From: Candidatus Latescibacterota bacterium
Lineage (GTDB): Bacteria > Latescibacterota > UBA2968 > UBA8231
Length of the DNA stretch: 64,000 nucleotides
Reading direction: 5' to 3'
Assembly: GCA_965197905.1 (NCBI GenBank)
Contig: CBDAOB010000005.1
Span: 1,696,001-1,760,000 of the forward strand
Made by a program: the position numbers and the translations under genes
Part shown: piece by piece, positions 39,537 to 49,555 of the stretch
Position numbering within the stretch: the stretch's first letter is position 1
Layout: the number at the start of each line of letters is the position of its first letter
Notes under the pieces: model-generated
Database searches by the model: none
Seen by the model: only the letters and a program-made list of their open reading frames with translations
Told to the model about the DNA's origin: nothing

Positions 39537-41444
39537 ATGTACAAGTTAAGCTCTAGTTTGATTGGCCTGGGCCTGACCCTGCTGATGGCGAGCGGGCTGT
39601 GCGCCCAGAGGTATCATCCAATCGGCAGCGCCGCTTCGGAGATAGAGCACACCCTACCGTCACCGAGCGCGGGCGCGGCCTGGAGGGAGGCTGGTGGAGT
39701 AGAAGCCACTCCTACAAGGTCCGGGTTTCCCATACCTCTGGTAATTACCCCCCAGAACGCGCCCTGGAACGGGTCAGGTTCGGTGAACATAAACTTCAGG
39801 ATGAACCAGCGCGCCCGGGTTTTGTTGGCCGTGTACAGGGTAGGGTCCAACTTTACGGGGGTGACCGGGCCTCACGGCGCCTGGACCACGGTGATAGCTG
39901 GGGACGAGTACGTGAACCACCTACCGCTGGCCCCCTATGAGTCAGGGAACAATACCATTACCTGGGACGGTAATGACTGGGAGGGCAATGCGGCCGGCCC
40001 CGGCAACTACGAATTCGACCTGATCGGCTTCAACGACCTGGATGCAGGCAATATCACAATTGTAGGCCCATGGGGCGGAGCCTGGGGTCCCAATATCGTC
40101 GACACGCGCGTCGAGCCAGCAGACGTCTGGAGCCCATTTCAGGAAACGCCACCGACCCCCTACGGCCGCGGCGTGATAGGTACGGATTACATAGCCAATC
40201 CGGGCGCCATCGAGGTCTGGTCGGTCACCGCCTTCGGTCCGGACGAGGAGAGGAACCGGAGCGGCCATGTGCCCGACGACGTGAGCGTGTCGACCCACTG
40301 GACAAGCCGGCAACGGCCCAATGAGGCACTGGAGGTGCAGGGTGGGATTATCAAGCTCACGCGCAACGACGCTGCCAAGACCATGGACGTGGACGAGTCG
40401 TTCGGCGACAACGGGCTTTCCGTCAGTCGCGGGGCCACCACGTGGCACATGCGCCCCCACCAGAATACACTCTACGCCGCTTTCACTAGCGAAGACCTCC
40501 AGGTGACCGTTATCGAGAAATACGACAAAACCTCGGGCGAGCGCACTGGGGAACTGGACATGTTCGAGCACTTCCACATTCAGGCTCTCGACGAGGACGG
40601 CAATGAATTTACCCGTATCCTTGGCCCCTACGTAATGGACGTGAACGATCACGGAATCTGGGCCACATCTCACAACACAGTCAACATCGTCCACACGGAC
40701 CACGACGGCAATGTAAGATGGGTCAATGGCCTGGGCGATCAGATCTCAGACTGGGTTTCCAATGAGACCGCCGCCGAACTGGGCCTGCTGCCGAACCTGT
40801 CTGCCACGGTGGGACACGCGGCCGGCCCAACCGGGAAGATGAATTATAGTGTCGACACCCACAACAGCCTGGGCTATCAATTGACCATGATCGGCCGCGG
40901 CCCTGCGGGCCTGGCCAATGTCGAGTTCGATCCCGCGACCGGACCGTTCACCCGCGGCAACAATACCAAACACATATATATCGTAAATGAGGGCGGGAAG
41001 TACGACGGCCTTTATATAGGGGGCACCCCCCCAGACACGCACCCTGGCACTGCCGCGGGCTTCCCGGAGATGGGCTTCGCGAATCACCTCCCCTACGATC
41101 TGGTGACCGGATCAATGGGCGCCGGGGTCACCGCGGTCGAAGAGAACGGCCCGGCGAGCACGCCCGATAGCTACACCCTGAGCGACGCCTATCCCAATCC
41201 GTTCAATCCCGAGACCACCATCGAGTTCAACGTGCCCTCCGAGGGGCTCGTGAAGATCGAGGTCTACAACACGGCCGGTCAGCGTGTGACCAGCCTGGTG
41301 GATGAGGAGTTGACCGCGGGGTCCTACAAGACCACGTGGGACGCGCGCGACGAGTTTGGCGAGCCGATCGCGAGTGGGGTTTACTTCTACCGGATGCAGG
41401 CCGGCGACTTTGCCGACACGCGTTCGATGACCCTGCTGAAGTAG
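39537..41444 (+). CDS. Secreted protein with N-terminal FlgD-like Ig domain and C-terminal FlgD/Por tail (paralog of 21911-23869)
   Basis: AAGGAGG RBS; signal peptide; WDGNDWEGNAAGPGNYEF; YPNPFNPET..SGVYFYRMQAGDF..MTLLK. Confidence 0.87.
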   Translation: MYKLSSSLIGLGLTLLMASGLCAQRYHPIGSAASEIEHTLPSPSAGAAWREAGGVEATPTRSGFPIPLVITPQNAPWNGSGSVNINFRMNQRARVLLAVYRVGSNFTGVTGPHGAWTTVIAGDEYVNHLPLAPYESGNNTITWDGNDWEGNAAGPGNYEFDLIGFNDLDAGNITIVGPWGGAWGPNIVDTRVEPADVWSPFQETPPTPYGRGVIGTDYIANPGAIEVWSVTAFGPDEERNRSGHVPDDVSVSTHWTSRQRPNEALEVQGGIIKLTRNDAAKTMDVDESFGDNGLSVSRGATTWHMRPHQNTLYAAFTSEDLQVTVIEKYDKTSGERTGELDMFEHFHIQALDEDGNEFTRILGPYVMDVNDHGIWATSHNTVNIVHTDHDGNVRWVNGLGDQISDWVSNETAAELGLLPNLSATVGHAAGPTGKMNYSVDTHNSLGYQLTMIGRGPAGLANVEFDPATGPFTRGNNTKHIYIVNEGGKYDGLYIGGTPPDTHPGTAAGFPEMGFANHLPYDLVTGSMGAGVTAVEENGPASTPDSYTLSDAYPNPFNPETTIEFNVPSEGLVKIEVYNTAGQRVTSLVDEELTAGSYKTTWDARDEFGEPIASGVYFYRMQAGDFADTRSMTLLK

Positions 41445-41625
41445 GTCGAGCGGACATAGTCTCGGGCTTGTTTTAGAAGAATCCCGAGACGGTACATAAC
41501 TGGCTGATTTGCATGGGATGGTACGGCGTCCACGGACGCCGCCCCTCCCGTGACAGATCAGCCAGTTGTTTTGTGTCAAAGCTAGTGCCGTGTCGCGGAC
41601 TGACAGATTCCAGAATGGACGCAAT

Positions 41626-42480
41626 ATGGAGACCACCATTGGAGAGTTTCGCTCCCAGGGTTATGCTATTCTCAGGGGTGTGCTTGAGAAATCTCGCGTC
41701 GAAGCCGCGCGGCGCGAGTGCGGCGTTCTGGTGGACCAGCTCGGCGAGAGACTGCACGCCGAGGGCAAGATCGACGATCTGTGCGCCGACGAGCCATTCG
41801 AGATGCGCTTGATGCGCCTCTACGAGAACCGTTCGAACGAAGCCCCCAGAAATTTTCGGGCCCAACTCCACCGCGCCGGTTTCTTCGAGCTTTTCGCCCA
41901 TCCTCGCCTGTTGGACCTGGCCGAGCAGATCGTGGGTCACGAGGTCTTGCTCCACCCAACCTACACGGCGCGTCCAAAGCTGCCGGAGCACGAGCCCACC
42001 GAGGTTCCCTGGCACCAGGACAGCGGCAATACGGCCTTTATGCTGGGAGATGATCCCGCCGCCGCCGAGGTAGAAACCCTGCGCATGGCCAATATGTGGA
42101 CCCCGCTCGTTGCGGCGAACCGACACAACGGCTGCATGGCGTTTATTCCCGGTAGCCATCGCCAGGGCGTGGCGCCCCACGAGAAGGGCGACGCCACCAC
42201 CTCTTACACGCACATCGCCGACGAGTACACCCGAATAGTGGAGAAGCGCGCCGTGCCCATAGAGCTCGACCCGGGAGATGTGGTGGTCTTCCACGACCTC
42301 CTCTTCCACCGGGGCCTGCCCAACCGCTCGTCCTCCATCCGCTGGAGTGTCGAGTTCCGCTATCAGGACGCCACCCAGTCGACGCTGCGCCCCCAGAAGG
42401 GGCATCTCATCCGCTCCAGAGCCCATCCCGAGCGCGTCGTCCGGGACGCCGCACACTGGGCCCAACTTAAATTCCAGTGA
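41626..42480 (+). CDS. PhyH-family dioxygenase
   Basis: VPWHQDS, NGCMAFIPGSH, GDVVVFHDLLFHRGLPNRS..R. Confidence 0.9.
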   Translation: METTIGEFRSQGYAILRGVLEKSRVEAARRECGVLVDQLGERLHAEGKIDDLCADEPFEMRLMRLYENRSNEAPRNFRAQLHRAGFFELFAHPRLLDLAEQIVGHEVLLHPTYTARPKLPEHEPTEVPWHQDSGNTAFMLGDDPAAAEVETLRMANMWTPLVAANRHNGCMAFIPGSHRQGVAPHEKGDATTSYTHIADEYTRIVEKRAVPIELDPGDVVVFHDLLFHRGLPNRSSSIRWSVEFRYQDATQSTLRPQKGHLIRSRAHPERVVRDAAHWAQLKFQ

Positions 42481-44477
42481 AAAGAGCCGAGTCTCCTCTG
42501 CCCCCGCCGGTCGGCGCGAGCAGAGAGGAGGCCGGCGCCGCACCGCCAGTCATCACCCTGCGCGCCGTCGTCCTGGGCCTTTTGACCATTACCGCCATGT
42601 TCTACTACCTCACCCAGGTAGTGCATCGGATCGGTTCGGGCACGTTTGTCCACTCGCAGTTTCCGATGGCGGTCATCATCCCCTTTGTGTTCTGGCTTTT
42701 TCTGAACGTCGTGCTCAAGCGCGTGTGGCCCACGATGGCGCTGCGCCAGGGCGAGCTGTTGACCATCCTGGCGATGATGTGGGTTGTGGGCACTATACCG
42801 CAAATCGGGTGGATCAATTTCTGGGCGCCGATCCTAACGGCGCCGACCTACTTTGCCTCGGCAGAGAACCAGTGGGCGGAGACCTTCTTCGATTACCTCC
42901 CCTGGAGCGTCTTTGCACCCACCGACACCTTTCTGGTTCACGGATTCTGGTTCGGTCTGCAGCAAGGAGCGGCGGTGCCGTGGGATGGCTGGGTCGGTGT
43001 CATCTTCCAGTGGCTGGGCGTGTCGATGGCGATGCTGGCTTTCGGATTCTGCACCATCGTCCTCTTTCAGAAGCAATGGGAGGAGAACGAGAAGCTAACC
43101 TTTCCGCTGGCGCAGATGCCCCTCGATTTGATGCGCGGGTTCGACGGCCCCCGGCGCATGCCCGATCTCTTCCGCTCGCGTCTGTTCTGGATCGGCGCCC
43201 TCGCAGCCTTTGTGCCCACCCTCTACAATATCTTCACCTACTTCGCACCCGGCCTGGTGCCCCTGGAATTTTTGCAGAAGTATCGATACCTCGATCCAAG
43301 CATTCCCTTCATCGGCCATTGGAAGGTTCGTTTCATGCCCATCGTAATGGCGGTCACCTATCTGTGCCCGCTTGATATCCTGGGCAGCCTGGTGCTTTTC
43401 AAATTGGTGAATTTGACCATCAAAGGGGGGATCATAAACCGCGTCGGATTTTCGGTCGGGGCCCCAGGACAGCAAATCACGGGAGAAAACATCATCTTTC
43501 TGGAAAACTACGGCGCCCTGATGTTCATCGCGATGTGGGCGCTCTGGGTCGCCCGGGGCCATCTGCGCAAGCTCTGGCGCCAGGCCAGGACCGGGGAGGG
43601 TGATCGCCGCGAAGTGCGGCGCTATCGTCTGGCCTGGGCCGGACTGATACTGTCCACGTGCTACGTGCTCGTCTGGGCGATGACCCTGGGCATCAACCTG
43701 CCGCTCGCCGCCGGCGTGTTTGTGCTGATGGTGTTGACCCTGCTGGCGACGACCAAGTTGATCGCGGCCACGGGTTTTGCCTACCTGCTTCCGTATCGGC
43801 CGCATCTGAAGGGCGATAGCTTTATGGAAGAGATTGTCGGAACCGTCAATATTCCGGCGCGCGACCTGACGGCGATGAAGATTTTTACCAGCAAGGCCTT
43901 CTTCGGCACCTTTCTCATCCCGGCATGGCCGGCGATCACGCACATATTGCGCATGTTTTCGCTGAAGCGGCAACCGGGATGGGTGACGGCTGCGGTTTTC
44001 ATCGCTTTTCCGGTGGGTTTTGTGGTGGCGGCGGTGACCTTGATCGACCTGGTCTACACCGAGGGCGGGGCTATGCTCTACGTCTCGCATTACAGGGTTA
44101 ACCTGGTATACGACCAGATCTCTCATATCCTGCACAATCCCACCGTGTTTGACTGGGGCAAGCTGGCCGTGTTTTTATTCGGTTGGACCGAGGCGGGCGT
44201 TCTGACCTTTTTGCGGGCTCGATTCCACTGGTTTCCGCTGCATCCCGTGGGCCTCGCTTTCGAGGGAACCTTTGGTCCCGATCTCTACTGGTTGACCCTG
44301 TCGGTCGTGTGGATAGTCAAGCTGGTGATTTTGCGCTACGGCGGGCCGACGGCCTATGTGGCGGGCAAACCGTTCTTCTACGGGGTGGGCATCGGCTACG
44401 TGGGTGGGGTGATCCTTTCGGCCACGGTGGATCTGATCTGGTTTCCGACAGAAGGGCATCGGGTGCACTGGTGGTAG
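42477..44477 (+). CDS. DUF6785/DUF6784-type multi-pass membrane protein (putative transporter)
   Basis: KQWEENEKLTFPLAQMP, WFPLHPVG, KLVILRYGG..PFFYG. Confidence 0.75.
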   Translation: MKRAESPLPPPVGASREEAGAAPPVITLRAVVLGLLTITAMFYYLTQVVHRIGSGTFVHSQFPMAVIIPFVFWLFLNVVLKRVWPTMALRQGELLTILAMMWVVGTIPQIGWINFWAPILTAPTYFASAENQWAETFFDYLPWSVFAPTDTFLVHGFWFGLQQGAAVPWDGWVGVIFQWLGVSMAMLAFGFCTIVLFQKQWEENEKLTFPLAQMPLDLMRGFDGPRRMPDLFRSRLFWIGALAAFVPTLYNIFTYFAPGLVPLEFLQKYRYLDPSIPFIGHWKVRFMPIVMAVTYLCPLDILGSLVLFKLVNLTIKGGIINRVGFSVGAPGQQITGENIIFLENYGALMFIAMWALWVARGHLRKLWRQARTGEGDRREVRRYRLAWAGLILSTCYVLVWAMTLGINLPLAAGVFVLMVLTLLATTKLIAATGFAYLLPYRPHLKGDSFMEEIVGTVNIPARDLTAMKIFTSKAFFGTFLIPAWPAITHILRMFSLKRQPGWVTAAVFIAFPVGFVVAAVTLIDLVYTEGGAMLYVSHYRVNLVYDQISHILHNPTVFDWGKLAVFLFGWTEAGVLTFLRARFHWFPLHPVGLAFEGTFGPDLYWLTLSVVWIVKLVILRYGGPTAYVAGKPFFYGVGIGYVGGVILSATVDLIWFPTEGHRVHWW

Positions 44478-44552
44478 AATCGCCGGGTCAAACTCTACCA
44501 CTTACAGAAGAGCTCAGGTTGTTTTCTCCCATCTAACCGTCCGATCCGAAAG

Positions 44553-45479
44553 GTGGGCACTATGGAACCCAAGAACGTCGAGATCGTACCTGAGATTCCC
44601 GCGAACACGCAGCTCACGGAAGCCTGCTTTCGCCACTATTGCAAAACCATGGCATTTTCGCCCGCGGAAATCGCCTTTGTCATGGTCGATCTCTGGAACA
44701 CCGGCTTCGGCCCCAAACCACTTTCACACCTCGGTTGGGAAGCGGAATATAACGGGGGCAAGAGCCACTGCGATAGAGCCGGGGAAATAGAGCGAACGCG
44801 CATTCTACCCATGTTGAGCGCCTGCCGGGAATTGGGGATCACCGTCGTCCATGCACCTACGGGGGATATTGCCGTCAAACACAGACAGTGGGAAGAGATC
44901 GCCACCGAGGAAGAGAGGAATCTACCTCGCCTTATCCCCGAACCACCTGACTGGCCCCCATCTGACTGGGTTCAAGAGTGGCGCCAGGAACACCTGCACC
45001 TGTTTCGCACCAAAGAATGGATGGGGAACTACCGCAAACACGTGAGACCCAACCAGGACATCCCCGAACCGCTCAAACCGGTAGATGGCGATCTGGTCAT
45101 CACCACGGGCGACATGATGCATCGATTGCTGGCCGAACGAGGTATCCGGGTGCTGTTTTACTGCGGCTTTGCTACCAATATGTGTCTCATCGACAAGCCG
45201 GGTGCGATTGCGGATATGGCCGCGCGCGGTTATATGCCCATCGTCATCCGGGATGCCAGCACGGGAACCGAAAACAGCGAAACGGTGGACGGTCTATGGA
45301 TTACCCATGCGTTTATCGACCAGATTGAAATGATGTGGGGGTATTCCATCACCACCCAGGAATTTCTAAGCGCCATGCGGAATACAGAAAAGATAGAGGT
45401 CCCCTGCCGTTATCTCCGAATGCACAAACCCATGGAGTCCGAGACGGGACAGAGCCGATCGTCGGGAAACTCGATGTGA
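44553..45479 (+). CDS. Isochorismatase-like cysteine hydrolase
   Basis: FVMVDLWN, GITVVHAP, YCGFATNMCL, VIRDAS. Confidence 0.8.
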   Translation: MGTMEPKNVEIVPEIPANTQLTEACFRHYCKTMAFSPAEIAFVMVDLWNTGFGPKPLSHLGWEAEYNGGKSHCDRAGEIERTRILPMLSACRELGITVVHAPTGDIAVKHRQWEEIATEEERNLPRLIPEPPDWPPSDWVQEWRQEHLHLFRTKEWMGNYRKHVRPNQDIPEPLKPVDGDLVITTGDMMHRLLAERGIRVLFYCGFATNMCLIDKPGAIADMAARGYMPIVIRDASTGTENSETVDGLWITHAFIDQIEMMWGYSITTQEFLSAMRNTEKIEVPCRYLRMHKPMESETGQSRSSGNSM

Positions 45480-45504
45480 TCGTCTTTGAGGAGGAACGCG
45501 AACA

Positions 45505-47829
45505 ATGAGGCACTTGTCTGGGAGGTTTCGGGGCAGAGTATGCGTGCTGCCGGCGTGTTGCGCGGCGGTTGTAGTCCTGCTGATATCTTCAAGCTGCGGG
45601 CAAGATCAAGATAGCTCTTCTCAACCGATGCCGTCGACCCAATCCGAAGCCGTCTCGCCGGCGCCACCCGTACTGTCCAGCCATGCGCGGATGCTCGCCC
45701 TGCTGCAGCGAACCGCGGTTCAGCCCCTGCGCGACCACCCCATTCTGGGCAACAGAGCAGCGCGAAAGTTGCGACGCCGTTTAGCCGAGTTGAGGCCTGT
45801 TCAAGCGCCCCACCTCCCTTCGGCGAGCACAACAAGCGTGTATGCACAGCTGGGAAAAGCCGAGCTTCGCCTGGGCAACCTCGATCGTGGAATTGAGCAC
45901 CTCACCACCGTCCACCAGCAGCAGAAGCAGCTAAGTAGAGAAGGAATCGTCTCGCCGGAAGCAACCACCGAAGCGGCGTACCGCCTGGGCATCGCCTACA
46001 TGAGGCTAGGCGAGACCCAGAACTGTTGCAACTCCAATTCGGCGGAAAGCTGCCTCCTGCCGATTCGGGACGGTGGCATCCACTCGATGCAGAAGGGTTC
46101 AAAACAAGCCCTAGCCTATTTCACCGAAGTGCTGCAGAAGGTCCCGAAAGACTCGCCTCTGTACATGAAATCGGTATGGCTTCTCAACATCATGTACATG
46201 ACGATCGATGGTTACCCCGACCAGGTTCCGCCGCAATATCTGATTCCGCCGAACCTGTTTGAAGCGGAAGAGCCGTTCCCGAAGTTCGAAAATGTCGCCG
46301 CCAAGCTCGGCTTGGACACCTTCGACCTGCTCGGCAGCGCCGTCGTAGACGATTTTGCGGGCGACGGCTACCTCGACATCGTGGTGTCGACGTGGGATCC
46401 GAACCAGCAGATGCACTTCTTTCGCAACAACCGAGATGGCACCTTCTCCGACCGCAGCGAGCAGGCCAACCTCGTGGGTTTGGTCGGTGGGTTCAATATG
46501 GTACAGGCCGACTACGACAACGACGGCGATGTAGACATCTTCGTGCTGCGCGGAGGATGGACGCGCAAGTTCGGTCGGATCCCCAACTCACTCTTGCGCA
46601 ACGAGGGGGATGCAACCTTCACGGATGTCACCTTTGACGCAGGACTCGGAGAGAAACACTACCCGACGCAAGCCGGCGCGTGGGCCGACTACGACAACGA
46701 CGGCGACATCGATCTGTATATCGGGAACGAGGACCACGATTCTTCTGGGGACACGCCTTGTCAACTCTTCCGCAACAACGGCAACGGCACCTTCACCGAC
46801 GTGGCCAGAGATGCCGGCGTGTTGAACTTTGCTTACGCCAAGGCTGTGGGGTGGGGCGACTTTGACGGCGATCGGTTCCCAGACCTCTACGTTTCTAACT
46901 TCGGCACGGCCAATCGCCTCTTCCGCAACAACGGCGACGGCACCTTCACCGACGTGGCGCGGCAAATCGGCGTCACCGGTCCAAAGAGGAGCTTTCCAAC
47001 CTGGTTCTGGGATTTCGACAACGATGGCGCCCTGGACCTATTTGTGGCGAGTTACGAATGGGATAACGGCACCTTGGCAGCGGTAGTGGCCAGCCGACTT
47101 GGCAAGCGCGTCGGCTACCAACTGGCCCGCCTGTATCGCGGCGATGGCCGCGGCGGGTTCGAAGAGGTTGCCAAGGATCAAAATCTGAGGCACCTGACCC
47201 TGCCGATGGCCGCCAACTTCGGCGATCTGGACAACGACGGATTTCTCGATTTCTACCTGGGTACCGGCTACCCTTATTACGAAGCGCTGATGCCGAACGC
47301 CATGTATCGCAATCGGAGCGGGAGGGGTTTCTCGGACGTTTCTAGTGCCGGCGGTTTTGGCCACCTTCAGAAAGGCCACGGCATCGCCTTTGCAGACCTC
47401 GACAACGACGGCGATCAGGACGTCTTTGAGCAGATGGGCGGTTTTTACCCCGGTGACAAATTTTATAATGCCTTGTTTGAGAATCCCGGCTTTGGCAACC
47501 ACTGGATTGCGGTCAAGCTCGTTGGGGTCCGTACCAACCGCGCGGCGATTGGCGCCCGTATCCGCGTCGAGGTGATGGAGAACGGCCGGTTACGATCGAT
47601 CTACAAACACGTCAATAGCGGCGGCAGCTTTGGCGCTAATCCCCTGCGACAGACGATCGGTCTGGGCAAGGCCACCCGAATAGAAGTGCTAGAGGTGTAC
47701 TGGCCAACGACCGGACTGAACCAAACCTTCCGCAACCTTCCCGTGGACCAATTCATCCAGATCACCGAGTCGGAAGATCAGTACACGCAGTTGGCGATCA
47801 ACAAGCTCAGGTTTGGGTCCCCGGAGTGA
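45505..47829 (+). CDS. CRTAC1/ASPIC-UnbV family lipoprotein with N-terminal TPR-like region
   Basis: SSSC lipobox; FG-GAP repeats DYDNDGDxD; AIGARI..GGSFG..IGLG..EVYWP. Confidence 0.88.
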   Translation: MRHLSGRFRGRVCVLPACCAAVVVLLISSSCGQDQDSSSQPMPSTQSEAVSPAPPVLSSHARMLALLQRTAVQPLRDHPILGNRAARKLRRRLAELRPVQAPHLPSASTTSVYAQLGKAELRLGNLDRGIEHLTTVHQQQKQLSREGIVSPEATTEAAYRLGIAYMRLGETQNCCNSNSAESCLLPIRDGGIHSMQKGSKQALAYFTEVLQKVPKDSPLYMKSVWLLNIMYMTIDGYPDQVPPQYLIPPNLFEAEEPFPKFENVAAKLGLDTFDLLGSAVVDDFAGDGYLDIVVSTWDPNQQMHFFRNNRDGTFSDRSEQANLVGLVGGFNMVQADYDNDGDVDIFVLRGGWTRKFGRIPNSLLRNEGDATFTDVTFDAGLGEKHYPTQAGAWADYDNDGDIDLYIGNEDHDSSGDTPCQLFRNNGNGTFTDVARDAGVLNFAYAKAVGWGDFDGDRFPDLYVSNFGTANRLFRNNGDGTFTDVARQIGVTGPKRSFPTWFWDFDNDGALDLFVASYEWDNGTLAAVVASRLGKRVGYQLARLYRGDGRGGFEEVAKDQNLRHLTLPMAANFGDLDNDGFLDFYLGTGYPYYEALMPNAMYRNRSGRGFSDVSSAGGFGHLQKGHGIAFADLDNDGDQDVFEQMGGFYPGDKFYNALFENPGFGNHWIAVKLVGVRTNRAAIGARIRVEVMENGRLRSIYKHVNSGGSFGANPLRQTIGLGKATRIEVLEVYWPTTGLNQTFRNLPVDQFIQITESEDQYTQLAINKLRFGSPE

Positions 47830-47844
47830 GGAATCGGCACGACA

Positions 47845-49551
47845 TCATCCGTCCCTACCTTCATCCCCTCTTCCCTGCTGCAGGGTGACGATCTGACCGG
47901 CCTCGAAGGCGCCAAAGATTTCACTCTGACCATCGGTCCAGCGCACCACCACTTCAGAAACCCTCTCTTCGGAACCCAGTCCCACGTGGATGCGCGGATC
48001 GTTGGCGGCGAGATAGCTATAAGCCGTTCTGACCTCGCGGGTCTTTCTGCCACCTGCGACGCTAAACGTAACAACCGCACCCAGGGCATCGCGGCCGTGC
48101 TCGTCGAGCACCTCAAAGGCCATCCAGTTGCCCCGTTGTGCAGTTACGTTGTACAGCAGATAGGCCGGCGCATCGCGGTTGACCACCAGCACATCGACCC
48201 CGCCATCGTTGTCCACGTCGCCAAAGGCCGCAGCCCGACTCGTGCCCACCTGTAGCTCCGCCGTCCCTCCCCTGGGCAGAACCTCGGCGAAACGCGCCCC
48301 CGGCCTGCCGCGAAAGAGCAGGTTGGGCTCGGCAAAGCGGTCCGAGGAGTACTGTATGGAGTTGCTAATGTCCCCAATGCTTCCATTGGCCAGATACAAA
48401 TCCAGCAAACCATCGTTGTCGAAGTCGAGGATGCCCACGCCGAAGCGGGTAAACACCCCTCTGTCCCAGACCAGTCCAACCGCCGCAGTAGCGTCAGTGA
48501 AGTAATCTCCCCGGTTGAGAAAGAAGGAATCCGACTGTCGGCGCAGATTGACAACCAGCAGATCGAGGGTGGTATTGTCGTCGAAGTCGATCGCAGTGAC
48601 CCCCATGCCGGCTTTGGCCTTGCCACTTTCGTCCAGGGCACAGCCCCGCATTAGAGCCTGGTCGACAAAGGTGCCATCGCCCTGGTTCAGCCACAGCCGA
48701 TCCAGGTTGCTGTCATTGGCCACGAAGATATCGGTGCGGCCATCGCCGTCGAAGTCGCCGCACACCACACCCAGCCCGTTGCCCGATGCCGCTCCCAACC
48801 CAGATTCCCTCGTCACCTCGGCAAAGGTGCCATCGCCCTGGTTGCGATAGAGCACATCCGGCGTCGGGGCATCGTATTCAAGGGGATGGCAGTAATCCAG
48901 CTCGCCCAGCGGATTGGGGCATTCCTTTTCAACGGCTATCGACCAGTCGACGTAATTGGTTGCGAACAAATCGAGATCGCCGTCCGCGTCGTAGTCCACG
49001 AAGGCCGCACTGGTGCCCCATTCCCGATCCCCCACCTGTGCGACAGAAGTCAGGTCTGCAAAGTGTCCCCGAGCGTCGTTCTGCAACAAAACATTCGGCC
49101 CCACATTGGTTACGTAAAGATCGGTGTCGCCGTCATTGTCGTAGTCTCCAGTGGCCACCCCCATTCCGTAACCGCGATCGTCGACGCCGCTTCCCTTCGT
49201 GACATTTTCAAAGCGGCCATCACCCCTATTGCGGTAGAGCTGATTGGCGGGGCCAGACAGGTCTTCAGCGACCAAGCTACCCCCCTGCACCAGATAAGCA
49301 TCCAGGTCGCCGTCTTCATCCATGTCAAAGAGTGCCGCGCCCCCGCCCATGATTTCAGGCATCAAATAGCGCTGGCCGTGGCCGGCTTCGAAGACGAATT
49401 CGATCCCGCGTTCGCTTGCCACTTCTTCAAACCAGGGGGCGGTCTGCGTCTTCTCTGCATCCGACACGCGGACCTCTTCATCTGCCCGACAGCCGAGAGT
49501 TGAAAGGCAGGCTAAACCCCAGATGGGCAAGCATTGCTCGATCTTTACCAC
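47845..49551 (-). CDS. CRTAC1/ASPIC-UnbV family lipoprotein
   Basis: TLGC lipobox; MPEIMGGGAALFD, DYDNDGD repeats, SYLAANDPRIHVGLG..VRW. Confidence 0.9.
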   Translation of the reverse strand: MVKIEQCLPIWGLACLSTLGCRADEEVRVSDAEKTQTAPWFEEVASERGIEFVFEAGHGQRYLMPEIMGGGAALFDMDEDGDLDAYLVQGGSLVAEDLSGPANQLYRNRGDGRFENVTKGSGVDDRGYGMGVATGDYDNDGDTDLYVTNVGPNVLLQNDARGHFADLTSVAQVGDREWGTSAAFVDYDADGDLDLFATNYVDWSIAVEKECPNPLGELDYCHPLEYDAPTPDVLYRNQGDGTFAEVTRESGLGAASGNGLGVVCGDFDGDGRTDIFVANDSNLDRLWLNQGDGTFVDQALMRGCALDESGKAKAGMGVTAIDFDDNTTLDLLVVNLRRQSDSFFLNRGDYFTDATAAVGLVWDRGVFTRFGVGILDFDNDGLLDLYLANGSIGDISNSIQYSSDRFAEPNLLFRGRPGARFAEVLPRGGTAELQVGTSRAAAFGDVDNDGGVDVLVVNRDAPAYLLYNVTAQRGNWMAFEVLDEHGRDALGAVVTFSVAGGRKTREVRTAYSYLAANDPRIHVGLGSEERVSEVVVRWTDGQSEIFGAFEAGQIVTLQQGRGDEGRDG

Positions 49552-49555
49552 GACT

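Noticed and set aside
46765..46958. Near-identical ~41-bp direct repeat
   Set aside because: Encodes FG-GAP repeats (LFRNNGxGTFTDVA) inside a CDS; not CRISPR or mobile DNA
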